NCBI GenBank assembly: GCA_041305385.1
Contig: JBFYLO010000046.1
Span: 491-64,490 of the forward strand
Origin: Candidatus Micrarchaeota archaeon
GTDB taxonomy: Archaea > Micrarchaeota > Micrarchaeia > Burarchaeales > JAKAKT01
Direction: 5' to 3'
DNA length: 64,000 bases
A program made the position numbers and the translations under genes. Of the stretch, positions 9,156 to 18,192 are shown piece by piece; position 1 is the first letter of the stretch, and the number at the start of each line of letters is the position of its first letter. The notes below the pieces were generated by a model. The model was given only the letters and a program-made list of their open reading frames with translations. It was not told the DNA's origin and did not search any database.

Positions 9156-10470
9156 TACCGGTTACACGATGAGTGGCAGTTATCTGTTCCGCAGTGGCAG
9201 TTCCAATAGTGCCATTGCGCCGAAGTGATTTAAGATTCCTCTCAGTGTTGGCAGGTCCTTTGTGCGTGCTCAGTACTCCCGCCCATACGTTCTCTGGAAC
9301 GCCGTACTGTTTGAGCATCTCAATTATTTTCTCTTGGTTGTTGGCCCTCGTGGTTTCTCTCGCATATGGCGACCACGTCCCGCGAATTTCTCCAGGCCTA
9401 ACTCCAAAATCCTGTGCAAGTTCACGAATTTCCGGGTCCTTAAACAGGCCTGCCATAATCTGGTCATGCGTTAGCTTCGCAAGGTATCTGCCCGTTCCGA
9501 CTTCTTGGGCAATGACTGCCAATGGTCGCATCTCAGAGTCAGCTAGGTACTCCTCCCAAATTGCTAAACCTATTTCGACTCTACTCATTACCAATCCAGC
9601 TATCTGCTCTTCCAGTTTCCGTTCAAGTATCCCCCTGGCTTCTGGCAAAGTAAGCGTTTTGAACACTCCATCGGTATCAGTTATCGAAATCATTTCCTGA
9701 GGAGGGCGCTCGCCGTCTTTTACATGGTCTAAAAATACACTTTCACCGTTTGCCTCCAACAGTATGTGATTAAGCCTCTCTAACTGCCTTTGTTTTCTTT
9801 CCAGGGTAGGTTTTCCTTTTCCTGTAAGTTGCCCCATCAAAACGTTCTCGCTAATCCTGAATCGCTTAGCGGTTTCCTTTACTTTCTGCCCATCAACCTC
9901 GCACCCCTGCTCCAGATAGTAAACGGCAGCCTTTACGGTTCGGATATGGTACAGCGTTCCCACGGTTATTGCTATTCTCTGGTTGGATTCTCTTGTATCG
10001 AAGATGCACGATTCGACACAGCGATACAATATGCAATTGAATTCATCATGGAAAAGGGGCTTTTCATTCAAAGTGCGCCCGATTCCCTCTCCAACGGCCG
10101 TCTGGTAATATTCTACCAGCGAGCCGTTCTCAGCAAGAACAGACTGAGCCATGTTGCGCCTGCCCAGTATGCGATTCGTATATCCCACTGCCAGTTTCCA
10201 GTGGGTGGCAACGAGCTGCTCCATTCCCCTCTTTGCCTCAAGCCTCATGCGTTCGAAAGTCGGGCCCGGCCTATTCCCGTTGAGTTTCTCTTTCGCCTCT
10301 GTAAAGTCAAAAACAGCTTTGCTTGCCCGAGCGTACTCCCCTTCACTCATCACCAGCCCATTTCCATTCCTAACGCTATGTTGGAAGTTCATCATGCTCT
10401 GGAACCATGCCTGAACTGAAAGGGGAGGGTGTCCATCCTCCCGCTGGCGCTGCTTCGCGCTAGTGTGCAT
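9130..10470 (-). CDS. Hypothetical protein, 446 aa, possible helix-turn-helix segments; no family recognised
   Basis: Long uninterrupted ORF with coding-like composition; co-oriented and overlapping with the metallopeptidase gene. Confidence 0.45.
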   Translation of the reverse strand: MHTSAKQRQREDGHPPLSVQAWFQSMMNFQHSVRNGNGLVMSEGEYARASKAVFDFTEAKEKLNGNRPGPTFERMRLEAKRGMEQLVATHWKLAVGYTNRILGRRNMAQSVLAENGSLVEYYQTAVGEGIGRTLNEKPLFHDEFNCILYRCVESCIFDTRESNQRIAITVGTLYHIRTVKAAVYYLEQGCEVDGQKVKETAKRFRISENVLMGQLTGKGKPTLERKQRQLERLNHILLEANGESVFLDHVKDGERPPQEMISITDTDGVFKTLTLPEARGILERKLEEQIAGLVMSRVEIGLAIWEEYLADSEMRPLAVIAQEVGTGRYLAKLTHDQIMAGLFKDPEIRELAQDFGVRPGEIRGTWSPYARETTRANNQEKIIEMLKQYGVPENVWAGVLSTHKGPANTERNLKSLRRNGTIGTATAEQITATHRVTGIGSGHRGK

Positions 10471-10582
10471 AGTTGCATTATTATCGCTTTTAAGGTATAT
10501 AAACGCAGCCGGTCAGGCAGATTCTCCTTCGTAAACCCCGCCGGCATAAGCTATTTATAACTTTAAAACCACATATTTCTCG

Positions 10583-11005
10583 GTGATGCTAATGCCGGAT
10601 GACGAGACTGCCGAAGCTGTTGCAGATGACACTCACACAGACGAACTTGCTGCTGCTGGAGAGGAGGAAGTGGATGCGGCCCTCGACGAGAAATTGCCGT
10701 TCCCGACTGCCCGGGTTGTGCGGATAATCAAGGAGAACATGAAGAAGGAGCATCAGATCCGAAGCGAGGTCAAGATTGCGGCGAACATCCTTGCGGGCGA
10801 GATGCTCAAGGACATCGCGAGGCAGATGGACGAGGAGGAGTACTTCACGCTCTCCATTGAGCACTTCAACAAGGCGGCCAAGAAATACAGGGAGGTTGAC
10901 CTCCAGCTCAAGCGCCTCGAGAACATAAAAAAGATGCTGGAGAAGCAAAGGGCCGACCTTGAAGAGAAGATAATGCAGATAGAGAAAGCGGAAGAGTGGA
11001 AGTAA
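10583..11005 (+). CDS. Histone-fold protein of NF-Y/NC2/Dpb4 type with acidic N-terminal tail and C-terminal coiled coil
   Basis: LPFPTARVVRIIKENM...IAANILAGEMLKDIARQ matches the LP(x)ARI(K)KIMK alpha1-L1-alpha2 pattern of NF-YC/NC2 histone folds; N-terminus rich in D/E; C-terminus heptad-like K/E-rich. Confidence 0.5.
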   Translation: MMLMPDDETAEAVADDTHTDELAAAGEEEVDAALDEKLPFPTARVVRIIKENMKKEHQIRSEVKIAANILAGEMLKDIARQMDEEEYFTLSIEHFNKAAKKYREVDLQLKRLENIKKMLEKQRADLEEKIMQIEKAEEWK

Positions 11006-13686
11006 ACTATTCGGGGGTGAGGAACCTCCAGGTCCCTCAGCTAGACGTGGTCAAACTTGTTCTGTTCCTTCTGGTGATTCTTCCCTCTGCATCGGCGATT
11101 CCAGAACCGAAGCTTTCTTATTCGGAAACATATCCCGAGGCCAGGCCCTGGCCGGGCTGTTGGCCCGAAGAAGGAACCTCGATGCCCTGCTTCTACAGCC
11201 ACAACAGCGTTTCACTCAGCAGCAGATACGATTGCGGGTTCGATTCCGGGATAAACGCATACTTCGCGAGGAACGCGAGCTTCTCGTTCAGCATTCCGAG
11301 AACCGGGAATGCCACCCTCGCTTTCAGGATGTATGAATGCACCTACAACCCGCGCTGGATTACGGTGCTAGTAAACGGGATTTGCAGCATACAAGTCGAA
11401 AACAGGGCTTCCGGAGGCACGAACAGGGGCCCAACAACAAAAACAATCAACATAGCCGAAGATTGCCTGGTGGAAGGAGAAAACAGAATGGAGATAATCG
11501 GAGACGTTGAACTAGGCCTTGGAAAAATGGGGTGTCCGCAGCTTACCTGTCGAAAAGCCCCGCTTTACGCCGACTTTCGAATCCCGGAGCAAGTGAGAAG
11601 CTCGGAAGTTTACGGAAGCGTTTTTCTTGCGGAGAGTTTCTCCAGTTACCTTTTCAAGCCATTAATAGGTGAGGGAGCCAACGGAAGGCTCACTCTCCTG
11701 CCTGGTGCAGTTATTAATGAATGCACGGGTTGCGAGCTGTCTGGCTCAGAGATAAATCTCGGGCCAGGGACCCACAGGATAAACTATTCACTTGAAAACC
11801 TCCAGGTTCACCTCGCTTTCCCAAATTCCCACAACGCATTCCTCGCAAACGAAAGCCGAAAAATCAACGTCACGGTTTCCTACTTGGGAACCCCGACTTC
11901 GGCAGGCGTCTATTTCCCAGAAGGCACCCTTGCCTGCAATGCGGTTGGAGGTTCTTGTGGTCTCTTGCTTCCAGAGGCGGCAGTCGGCACCCATTCCATC
12001 GAGGTCCAGGCAATCGAGAGCCCCATTGGGAGAAGAGGAAAGGCCTCAGCTGGATATAAAATCGACCCGGACCCGGAAGTCAACGTTTCCGAGACTTCGG
12101 GTAGCTCGCTCCTAGTCACGTTCGAAATAATAAACCCAACTCACGAGAATTTCGTCCGCCTTCTCGCCTACTCCCTCCCAGAGGACTTCGAGGGCAATTT
12201 CAGCATAACGCCGCACCCAGAGAGCCTCTCCACATCGAATAGTTCCATCTCTTTCTCCGCCACCTGCCCGGCCTATTCAAACTGCACCTACAATGCGGTT
12301 TTCCCAATAAAAGGAGTTTTAGTCTCAGTTTCGCCAACTTCATTCCCGAAAATCTCCAGAGTCAGTGAGAGCATACTCTCTAAGGGCACGATTCTCCTTA
12401 CCAACACCAACCCAAAAAAGCCAATGCATTCAACCGGCAGAATTTGGAACTGCACCGAAGGGTGCGCGTGGGACTTAGAGCTCGCCCCGCTCGAGAGCAG
12501 GAGCCTCGAATACTCACTCGAACAAGCAGGAGCATCACCATGTGGTTCAAGAAAGACCGCGAGCGCAGGGGCGAGGGAAGAGCTGGAACTCTGTATCCGA
12601 GTGCCGGCCGGCTTTCCTGCGGCCACTAGTATCGAGTATTCGGTTCCGTTCGTTTCAATGCAAGGCTATTCCGGGAGTCCTGAAGCCAGAGTTAAAGGAG
12701 TTTCTGTTCCAATCACCGTCGGTTCGTCCGGACTTCTTATCTCCCTAGGGCTCCTTGCCCCCGGGGAGCACCAGGCAACCATCTCATACCTAAAAACAGC
12801 AGACCAAGCGCCAACCCAGAAAAACGATGCGCCGGAAACCAAAAAGCAAGAGGCGAAACAAGAGGAGTCACCCCCACCAGCCCCTCTCCCAGACAAGCCA
12901 GAAGTTTCAAAGCAGCCAGAACTCCTAATCACCGCTCCAGATGCATCGATGCTCTCCGAAATCGTCCAGGTGGTCGCCATATCCGGCGACTCGCCTGCTG
13001 AAGGCGAGATGTCATTCGTCTCACCGAGCGGAAGGGAGTTTTTGCTAAGACTCGATAATGGCCGGGCAGCCCTCAGGCTCGACGAGGTTGGAATTTGGAA
13101 AGTCAGCTATCAGGGACAGGAGCGTTCGATTCTGGTGGGGAGAACCATAACCGAAATCCCCAAGGAAACAGCAGGCCAACCAACACAGCACGAACTTTCC
13201 GATTTCTCCGTAGCTAGCAAAAGCTCCCCATCATCTGGTTTGGAATTGGGCTCGTGGGTTCTCCTCCTGCTGTTCATTCCGTTCCTTGCCATGCCCGCCC
13301 TTGGCTATCTCCTCATGGTGAGCTCTCGCGGGCCCCAGGTGCTTGTTTCGAAAAGATACGACGGAAAAAAAATCTATCTCGAAGTTGAGAACAGCGGAGG
13401 CGCCCTTACTGACATCTGGATTTCCGATTCCCTCCCAGATGATGCAGTCCTAGGGACTACCGGGGAAGGGAGCTTCAAGAAAACCATTTTTGGGAACGTG
13501 CTTAAGTGGAGGCTTCCTTCTCTCGATGGTGGTGCGAAGTGGAGTGCGAGCTATGAGATGAGGACAGTTTCCGAGAACATTGGAGGCGCGCGCCTCCAGG
13601 CGATAGACCTAAAGGGAAACCAGCTCAAGGCCGCGAGCGGGGAAACCGAGAAGTCAACAAGCAACAATTTAAATGGGGCCAGCTAA
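10996..13686 (+). CDS. Large cell-surface protein (signal peptide, Pro/Thr/Lys-rich linker, C-terminal TM anchor)
   Basis: Signal peptide better explained by GTG at 11047 (VKLVLFLLVILPSASA); many N-x-S/T sequons; PAPLPDKPEVSKQPE linker; C-terminal hydrophobic helix followed by a ~120 aa domain. Confidence 0.5.
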   Translation: MEVNYSGVRNLQVPQLDVVKLVLFLLVILPSASAIPEPKLSYSETYPEARPWPGCWPEEGTSMPCFYSHNSVSLSSRYDCGFDSGINAYFARNASFSFSIPRTGNATLAFRMYECTYNPRWITVLVNGICSIQVENRASGGTNRGPTTKTINIAEDCLVEGENRMEIIGDVELGLGKMGCPQLTCRKAPLYADFRIPEQVRSSEVYGSVFLAESFSSYLFKPLIGEGANGRLTLLPGAVINECTGCELSGSEINLGPGTHRINYSLENLQVHLAFPNSHNAFLANESRKINVTVSYLGTPTSAGVYFPEGTLACNAVGGSCGLLLPEAAVGTHSIEVQAIESPIGRRGKASAGYKIDPDPEVNVSETSGSSLLVTFEIINPTHENFVRLLAYSLPEDFEGNFSITPHPESLSTSNSSISFSATCPAYSNCTYNAVFPIKGVLVSVSPTSFPKISRVSESILSKGTILLTNTNPKKPMHSTGRIWNCTEGCAWDLELAPLESRSLEYSLEQAGASPCGSRKTASAGAREELELCIRVPAGFPAATSIEYSVPFVSMQGYSGSPEARVKGVSVPITVGSSGLLISLGLLAPGEHQATISYLKTADQAPTQKNDAPETKKQEAKQEESPPPAPLPDKPEVSKQPELLITAPDASMLSEIVQVVAISGDSPAEGEMSFVSPSGREFLLRLDNGRAALRLDEVGIWKVSYQGQERSILVGRTITEIPKETAGQPTQHELSDFSVASKSSPSSGLELGSWVLLLLFIPFLAMPALGYLLMVSSRGPQVLVSKRYDGKKIYLEVENSGGALTDIWISDSLPDDAVLGTTGEGSFKKTIFGNVLKWRLPSLDGGAKWSASYEMRTVSENIGGARLQAIDLKGNQLKAASGETEKSTSNNLNGAS

Positions 13687-13695
13687 CTTTCAACC

Positions 13696-14523
13696 ATGCG
13701 GGCATTGGGCATCGCGGCGTTGTTTCTTCTCCTAGCACAGGCAATGGCAAAGGACTGCTCGGAACTCGGGACCAACGGCACAATCTATTCAACCACGATC
13801 CTTTCAGAAGACTACTCTTCCCAAGGGGATTGCATCACCATCGGCTCCGACAACGTTACCCTAGACTGCGCCGGTCATTCCCTGACGGGCCGCGGGGGAG
13901 GGACGGGCATCTATGCCTTCGGCAGAAGAGGAGTCGAGATTAGGAACTGCCACGTCTCCAAATTCAACTATGGGGCACACTTCTCCTATGCAGACTCCTC
14001 CTTTCTAGAGGACAGCGCCTTTTCAGAATCTTATATCGGCATATACATTTCGTCTTCATCGAGCATAATTCTGCAAAAGAACTCCGCAGACAGGAACGGC
14101 CAGGGAATCTATGCCTACGACTTGCGCGATGGCATGATAGCAGCCGGAAGCGCAAAGAACAACAAGGGCCACGGACTAGAAATGAGGTCCTCCATCTCCA
14201 ACAAAATACGGGGCAACGACTTTTCCTCCAATCAAATAGGAATCGGGATATACTCCTCGTCAGACGTAGAGATAACTGGCAACGACCTGCGGGCCTGCTA
14301 TGAGGGAATCAAGCAAACCACAGCAAGGTCCATCAGCCAGTCCGGCAATGCCCAGGACATAATCTCAGGAAGCGGCTGGGACTCCCTGAGCGAAAACACC
14401 AGGACGATTGTCGCCATTGCGCTCGTCATCATGCTACTGGCGGCGCTCACGTTCATCATCGGAATTACCAAGCCGAAAAAGCCGGAGGACAAGCTCCCGT
14501 CAAGGGATGCTTGGGAGCACTAG
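13696..14523 (+). CDS. Secreted right-handed parallel beta-helix (NosD/PbH1-like) repeat protein with C-terminal TM anchor
   Basis: Signal peptide; repeated GxxGIYxxxSxxNxIxxN beta-helix repeats; C-terminal hydrophobic segment. Confidence 0.6.
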   Translation: MRALGIAALFLLLAQAMAKDCSELGTNGTIYSTTILSEDYSSQGDCITIGSDNVTLDCAGHSLTGRGGGTGIYAFGRRGVEIRNCHVSKFNYGAHFSYADSSFLEDSAFSESYIGIYISSSSSIILQKNSADRNGQGIYAYDLRDGMIAAGSAKNNKGHGLEMRSSISNKIRGNDFSSNQIGIGIYSSSDVEITGNDLRACYEGIKQTTARSISQSGNAQDIISGSGWDSLSENTRTIVAIALVIMLLAALTFIIGITKPKKPEDKLPSRDAWEH

Positions 14524-15303
14524 CAGGCGCTTGTATTCCTCAAAGGAAGACAGGACCTCCTCTTTCGATAGGGTTATCACGCGCCGCTCCCCGAGGCCCA
14601 CGCCGCCCGCCACTCTTTTTGCCGTCATGTTCTCAAGCCCAAGCAGTTCCCTCGAGTCATTGATTGCATTCCTGAGTTTTTTATTCCGGTGCTGGAACAC
14701 AGCGTTTATGAACAAGGAGAGCGGCCCCGGCACAGTGCCCCGCTTCCTCAGCCTCACCAGTGCCGAATCCACTTTCGGCTTCGGGCAGAATGCCCCCGCA
14801 GGGACAGAGCAAAGGCTTTCGACCTCAAAAAGAAGCTGGCACATCACCGAGAAGCGCGAGTAGTCCCTGGAACCAGGGGATGCGTCCATCCTCCCAGCAA
14901 GCTCTTTCTGAATGCAGATTACCGCTTCCTTGAAATCGAACGCAGGGAACTTCAGAATCAGTTTTGAGGCGATGCAATAGGGAAGATTTGAGACTATCAG
15001 GTCGAATTTCCCGCCCTCCAGAGCAAGGGCATCCCCGCAGATTATTTCAATATTCTTGAACTCCCGGAGCCTTTCCTTCAGGATGGGGACAAATCGCTCG
15101 TCAATCTCCACAACCGTCAGATGTTTCGCCTCTTTCGCCAGCCCAATTGACAATGCCCCGAGCCCAGGGCCTATCTCGAGAACCGTTTTCCCGCTCGGGC
15201 TGCAGAAGGAGAGCTCGCGCTCAATGTAATTGTTGTCGATGAGGAAGTTCTGCCCCAATCTCCTGTCAGCACCCAGTCCGCGTATGAGGCCTGCGTCGCT
15301 CAT
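14500..15303 (-). CDS. ksgA: 16S rRNA (adenine1518/1519-N6)-dimethyltransferase KsgA/Dim1
   Basis: GQNFL, VLEIGPGLGALS SAM motif, LIVSNLPY. Confidence 0.85.
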   Translation of the reverse strand: MSDAGLIRGLGADRRLGQNFLIDNNYIERELSFCSPSGKTVLEIGPGLGALSIGLAKEAKHLTVVEIDERFVPILKERLREFKNIEIICGDALALEGGKFDLIVSNLPYCIASKLILKFPAFDFKEAVICIQKELAGRMDASPGSRDYSRFSVMCQLLFEVESLCSVPAGAFCPKPKVDSALVRLRKRGTVPGPLSLFINAVFQHRNKKLRNAINDSRELLGLENMTAKRVAGGVGLGERRVITLSKEEVLSSFEEYKRLLVLPSIP

Positions 15304-15369
15304 CAGCTCCCCATCACATCAACACGAGTATACTCGCATTCGAATCGCCCGAGTTCATTCGCGTTCGCT

Positions 15370-15933
15370 TTAATACATCGGCTCCCGGTGCGGGGGCCTC
15401 GTGAGAACATAGTATTTTGAATCTCCCTTAAGTTCCTCTTCTATCCTGTCAACCAGTATGTGAACTGGGTTCGGGAGCAGCGGCACCCTCTTGCTGATGT
15501 CTGCGAAACTCTCGAAGGGCTTCTTTTCCCTCTCGGCGATTAGGTTGTGCATGTGCTTCTTTCCAACCCCTGGCAGGAGCTCGAGCTGGTGGAGCCTTAT
15601 GGTTATCGGACCGCACTTGTTTAGGAAATTGACATACTCCGGCTCGCGGGTCTTCAGTATCTGTTCGATGACTGACTTGAGGCTGCTGCGAGCCGAAGAA
15701 GTGAGGTCCATGAAGTTGATTCTGCCCTTTATGTGGTCTATCCTGTCCCTGTCTCCCTTCCCAATGTAAATTCTTTCTCCGACTTTCATTTGGGCTTCAG
15801 GCTTCGGGGTTACCTCGAGAATGGTAAAGTACGTTTCGCCTATCACCTGGGCCAGGGACTCCTTCTTAGTATCCGTGCTCTTGCCGTACGGCAGGAAGTC
15901 CAATACGACCGCGTACTCTTCCATCGTAGCCAT
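15370..15933 (-). CDS. DUF655 family protein (HhH nucleic-acid-binding protein conserved next to rpoF/ksgA in archaea)
   Basis: LELLPGVGKKHMHNLI helix-hairpin-helix; conserved archaeal gene order rpoF-L21e-DUF655-ksgA. Confidence 0.65.
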   Translation of the reverse strand: MATMEEYAVVLDFLPYGKSTDTKKESLAQVIGETYFTILEVTPKPEAQMKVGERIYIGKGDRDRIDHIKGRINFMDLTSSARSSLKSVIEQILKTREPEYVNFLNKCGPITIRLHQLELLPGVGKKHMHNLIAEREKKPFESFADISKRVPLLPNPVHILVDRIEEELKGDSKYYVLTRPPHREPMY

Positions 15934-15944
15934 TGACCATCGCC

Positions 15945-16295
15945 CTATGCAGGTGAATACTTCTCAACAATCTTGAGCATCTCCGCCATTTCAGCCTTGC
16001 TGAACGCGTGCCTCTCCTTCGCAACTATGACGCTCAGCTGCGCCTCGCTCTTAGGGAGTAGGTCCACCATCTTTATCACTATCTCTGGAGTGACCTTGTC
16101 GAGCTTTGTAAGCTCCTCGACCATCTCGTCAGCCTTCTTCCTGTCAAGAATCGTGCGCGCTTTCAGGTAATCATAGGTTGCCTGCTGCTCGAAGCCGAGC
16201 TCGCCTTCTGCCTTTCTGGCTTCCATTACCTTTTGGACTTCGGCCAGAGTCACCGGCTTCTGCGAGCTTATTCCCTTTCCAATCATTGAATTCAC
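15945..16295 (-). CDS. rpoF: DNA-directed RNA polymerase subunit F (Rpo4/RpoF)
   Basis: Similarity to M. jannaschii subunit F C-terminal half (VDLLP...VIVAKE...AEMLKIVEKY); gene order. Confidence 0.65.
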   Translation of the reverse strand: MNSMIGKGISSQKPVTLAEVQKVMEARKAEGELGFEQQATYDYLKARTILDRKKADEMVEELTKLDKVTPEIVIKMVDLLPKSEAQLSVIVAKERHAFSKAEMAEMLKIVEKYSPA

Positions 16296-16567
16296 CTTAA
16301 ATGAACCGGGGGTATTGTCAGCTCCTTCTCGCTGTCACCAACCCCGACTTTTACAACGCAAGCGTTTCCCCTCTTGCCAACGACTATCCCGGTCAGGCCC
16401 CTGTACCGTGGGTGGGGCATCCCGGAGTGGCCGGATTTCGGGTCGATTGAGACCCTCGCCCCATTCTTGAATTCACGGATGATTGCGCCTATGGTTACTC
16501 CGACCCTGTTCTTCTTGCGCAGAAGCCTGCTTCTCTTCGATAGCTTTCCTCGCGATCTCTTTGCCAT
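16292..16567 (-). CDS. rpl21e: 50S ribosomal protein L21e
   Basis: SGHSGMPHPRYRGLTGIVVGKRGNACVVKV matches the L21e core; start taken at the internal MAKRSRGK; 4-nt overlap with rpoF. Confidence 0.8.
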   Translation of the reverse strand: MAKRSRGKLSKRSRLLRKKNRVGVTIGAIIREFKNGARVSIDPKSGHSGMPHPRYRGLTGIVVGKRGNACVVKVGVGDSEKELTIPPVHLR

Positions 16568-16627
16568 GCTACCCCCTCTTCGTCGAGTATGTCTCCTACC
16601 CTTTATATACATATTTAAATCATTAGG

Positions 16628-16637
16628 TTTATAAATA
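16628..16637 (+). promoter_or_regulatory. TATA box (TTTATAAATA) for the TBP-repeat gene; the same AT-rich region serves the divergent L21e operon
   Basis: About 29 nt upstream of ATG 16666, consistent with leaderless archaeal transcription. Confidence 0.45.
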
Positions 16638-16665
16638 GTTCCAGAGTCTCTTTCGGGTGGTTCTC

Positions 16666-16977
16666 ATGGTTAAGAAGAAAGGGGTAAGCCCATCGAAAAT
16701 CGATACGCGTTTTAAGATTGAAAACATTGTCGCTTCCGCGAACCTTGGCATAGAGCTCGACCTCTATTCCATAGCGCAGAAGGTCAAGGACGTCGAGTAC
16801 GAGCCAGAGCAGTTCCCGGGCGCTATCCTTAAACTTAAGGACCCGAGGGCTTCGCTCCTGCTTTTCAAGAACGGAAAGATAATCTGCACGGGCTCGAAGA
16901 GCGAGAAGGAAGTGAAATTCGCCCTTGAGAGGGCAGTGAAGCTCCTGGCAGCTCACGCGAGGGCGAAGCCTGCATAG
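16666..16977 (+). CDS. Single-repeat TATA-box-binding protein (one TBP domain, 103 aa)
   Basis: IENIVASANL..LDL...EYEPEQFPGAILKL.DP.ASLLLFKNGKIICTGSKSE aligns along the full length of one TBP repeat (hybrid of N- and C-repeat signatures); no second repeat upstream (divergent L21e promoter) or downstream (5S rRNA). Confidence 0.7.
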   Translation: MVKKKGVSPSKIDTRFKIENIVASANLGIELDLYSIAQKVKDVEYEPEQFPGAILKLKDPRASLLLFKNGKIICTGSKSEKEVKFALERAVKLLAAHARAKPA

Positions 16978-16978
16978 T

Positions 16979-16986
16979 TTTATAAA
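16979..16986 (+). promoter_or_regulatory. TATA box (TTTATAAA) for the 5S rRNA gene
   Basis: Located ~22 nt upstream of the predicted 5S 5' end. Confidence 0.45.
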
Positions 16987-17005
16987 CCCTGTCGGGCAGA
17001 ATATC

Positions 17006-17129
17006 CCCTGGTCAGCGACCACAGGAGAGGGGAAACACCCGAACCCATTCCGAACTCGGAAGTTAAGCTCTCTCACGATGTTGCTTGTACTGCCCTTGCG
17101 GGCGGGAACGCGCATTGTTGCTGACCATT
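17006..17129 (+). rRNA. rrf: 5S ribosomal RNA (orphan copy, not linked to 16S/23S in this window)
   Basis: CCCGAACCCATTCCGAACTCGGAAGTTAAGC matches the conserved 5S loop B/helix III region; terminal helix I pairing TGGTCAGC/GCTGACCA; length ~124 nt; boundaries +/-3 nt. Confidence 0.75.
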
Positions 17130-17220
17130 TTACAACCCTTAGCGTAGGCCTTAGAGGAACCGAGTTTCATTAACACCGGCAACTATAACCTTTTTATTCG
17201 CCTTTTGTCATAATATCGGC

Positions 17221-18186
17221 ATGCTTAGAGAGAAACAGACTTCTAATCAGGGTGTTCCCCATGTGAATACCTACGATTTGATTAGAAACAGCCCCTTCCT
17301 CAGGGAACATGGAGCTAAGGCAGTTGACCGTTTTATGAAAGCCTTGGACCGAGGAGATGCAGTGCAGATAGAAAAGGAATCTAACCTGCTCCAAAGAGTG
17401 CACTCCCTCTCCGAGAAAAGCAAAAGTCTATTCTTTTCCGAAGAACGCCAGGCGAACCTGGAGTGGATACTGGCCAGAAGCCTGGACTCCGGAAGGCTTC
17501 CGTTAGTCTCTTACGAAAGGACCAACACGTTTACTCCCATCGGGCATAAACCTCCGACCATTGAAGAGCAGGTGAGAACTCTGGGATATGATTTGAGCCC
17601 AACGGCACCTGGAGGAAAAGCAAACATTCCTGGTCCAGTAGCCAACGGTCCTTTAGATAAAGAAATCCGAAAACAGATAGCAAACGAGGAGAGCGATAAT
17701 GCGATTGCATATAAGAAGACCCTGGACGAAATACGAGAAGCAAACAAACATTCTGACAAAACTGGAATTGAAAAAACAATGTTCGAGAAAATGCTCGCCG
17801 GCGAACTGCCCCCCGCCCAGATGAATGTTTTCAAATATACGGACCCAGCCGGGGAAACGAAGAGCATAGCAATTGTCTACTATATCAACGAAGAAGGCGC
17901 ATTCGTGCCCCTCGGGGAACTCAAGAAAGAATTCGTCTCAGATTCAATGCGAATAGACCGGGAGACCGCAGACCGAGCCAGCGCCTTCTATAATGACGAC
18001 AAGGCCGGGAACTTCGGGAGTTATTCCCCGGCTGTCGAGGATGACCCGATTGCAGCAGTCAACAAAACAGTTGGCAAGCAGTCAGCCAAGGCAATTGTTT
18101 TCTACGAAGCGGGGATGGGAGCGATGGAGCGCATTGCCTCCATAACAGATGAAGAGATAAAAAGAGTCATTTCAGGAAAAGCCTAA
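17221..18186 (+). CDS. Hypothetical protein (321 aa), no family recognised
   Basis: Long ORF with coding-like composition; AT-rich promoter-like sequence upstream. Confidence 0.4.
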   Translation: MLREKQTSNQGVPHVNTYDLIRNSPFLREHGAKAVDRFMKALDRGDAVQIEKESNLLQRVHSLSEKSKSLFFSEERQANLEWILARSLDSGRLPLVSYERTNTFTPIGHKPPTIEEQVRTLGYDLSPTAPGGKANIPGPVANGPLDKEIRKQIANEESDNAIAYKKTLDEIREANKHSDKTGIEKTMFEKMLAGELPPAQMNVFKYTDPAGETKSIAIVYYINEEGAFVPLGELKKEFVSDSMRIDRETADRASAFYNDDKAGNFGSYSPAVEDDPIAAVNKTVGKQSAKAIVFYEAGMGAMERIASITDEEIKRVISGKA

Positions 18187-18192
18187 TTCCAG

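Noticed and set aside
16615-17115. 166-aa minus-strand ORF overlapping the TBP gene and 5S rRNA
   Set aside because: It runs antisense through a well-supported TBP-repeat CDS and the 5S rRNA, and no homology was recognised.
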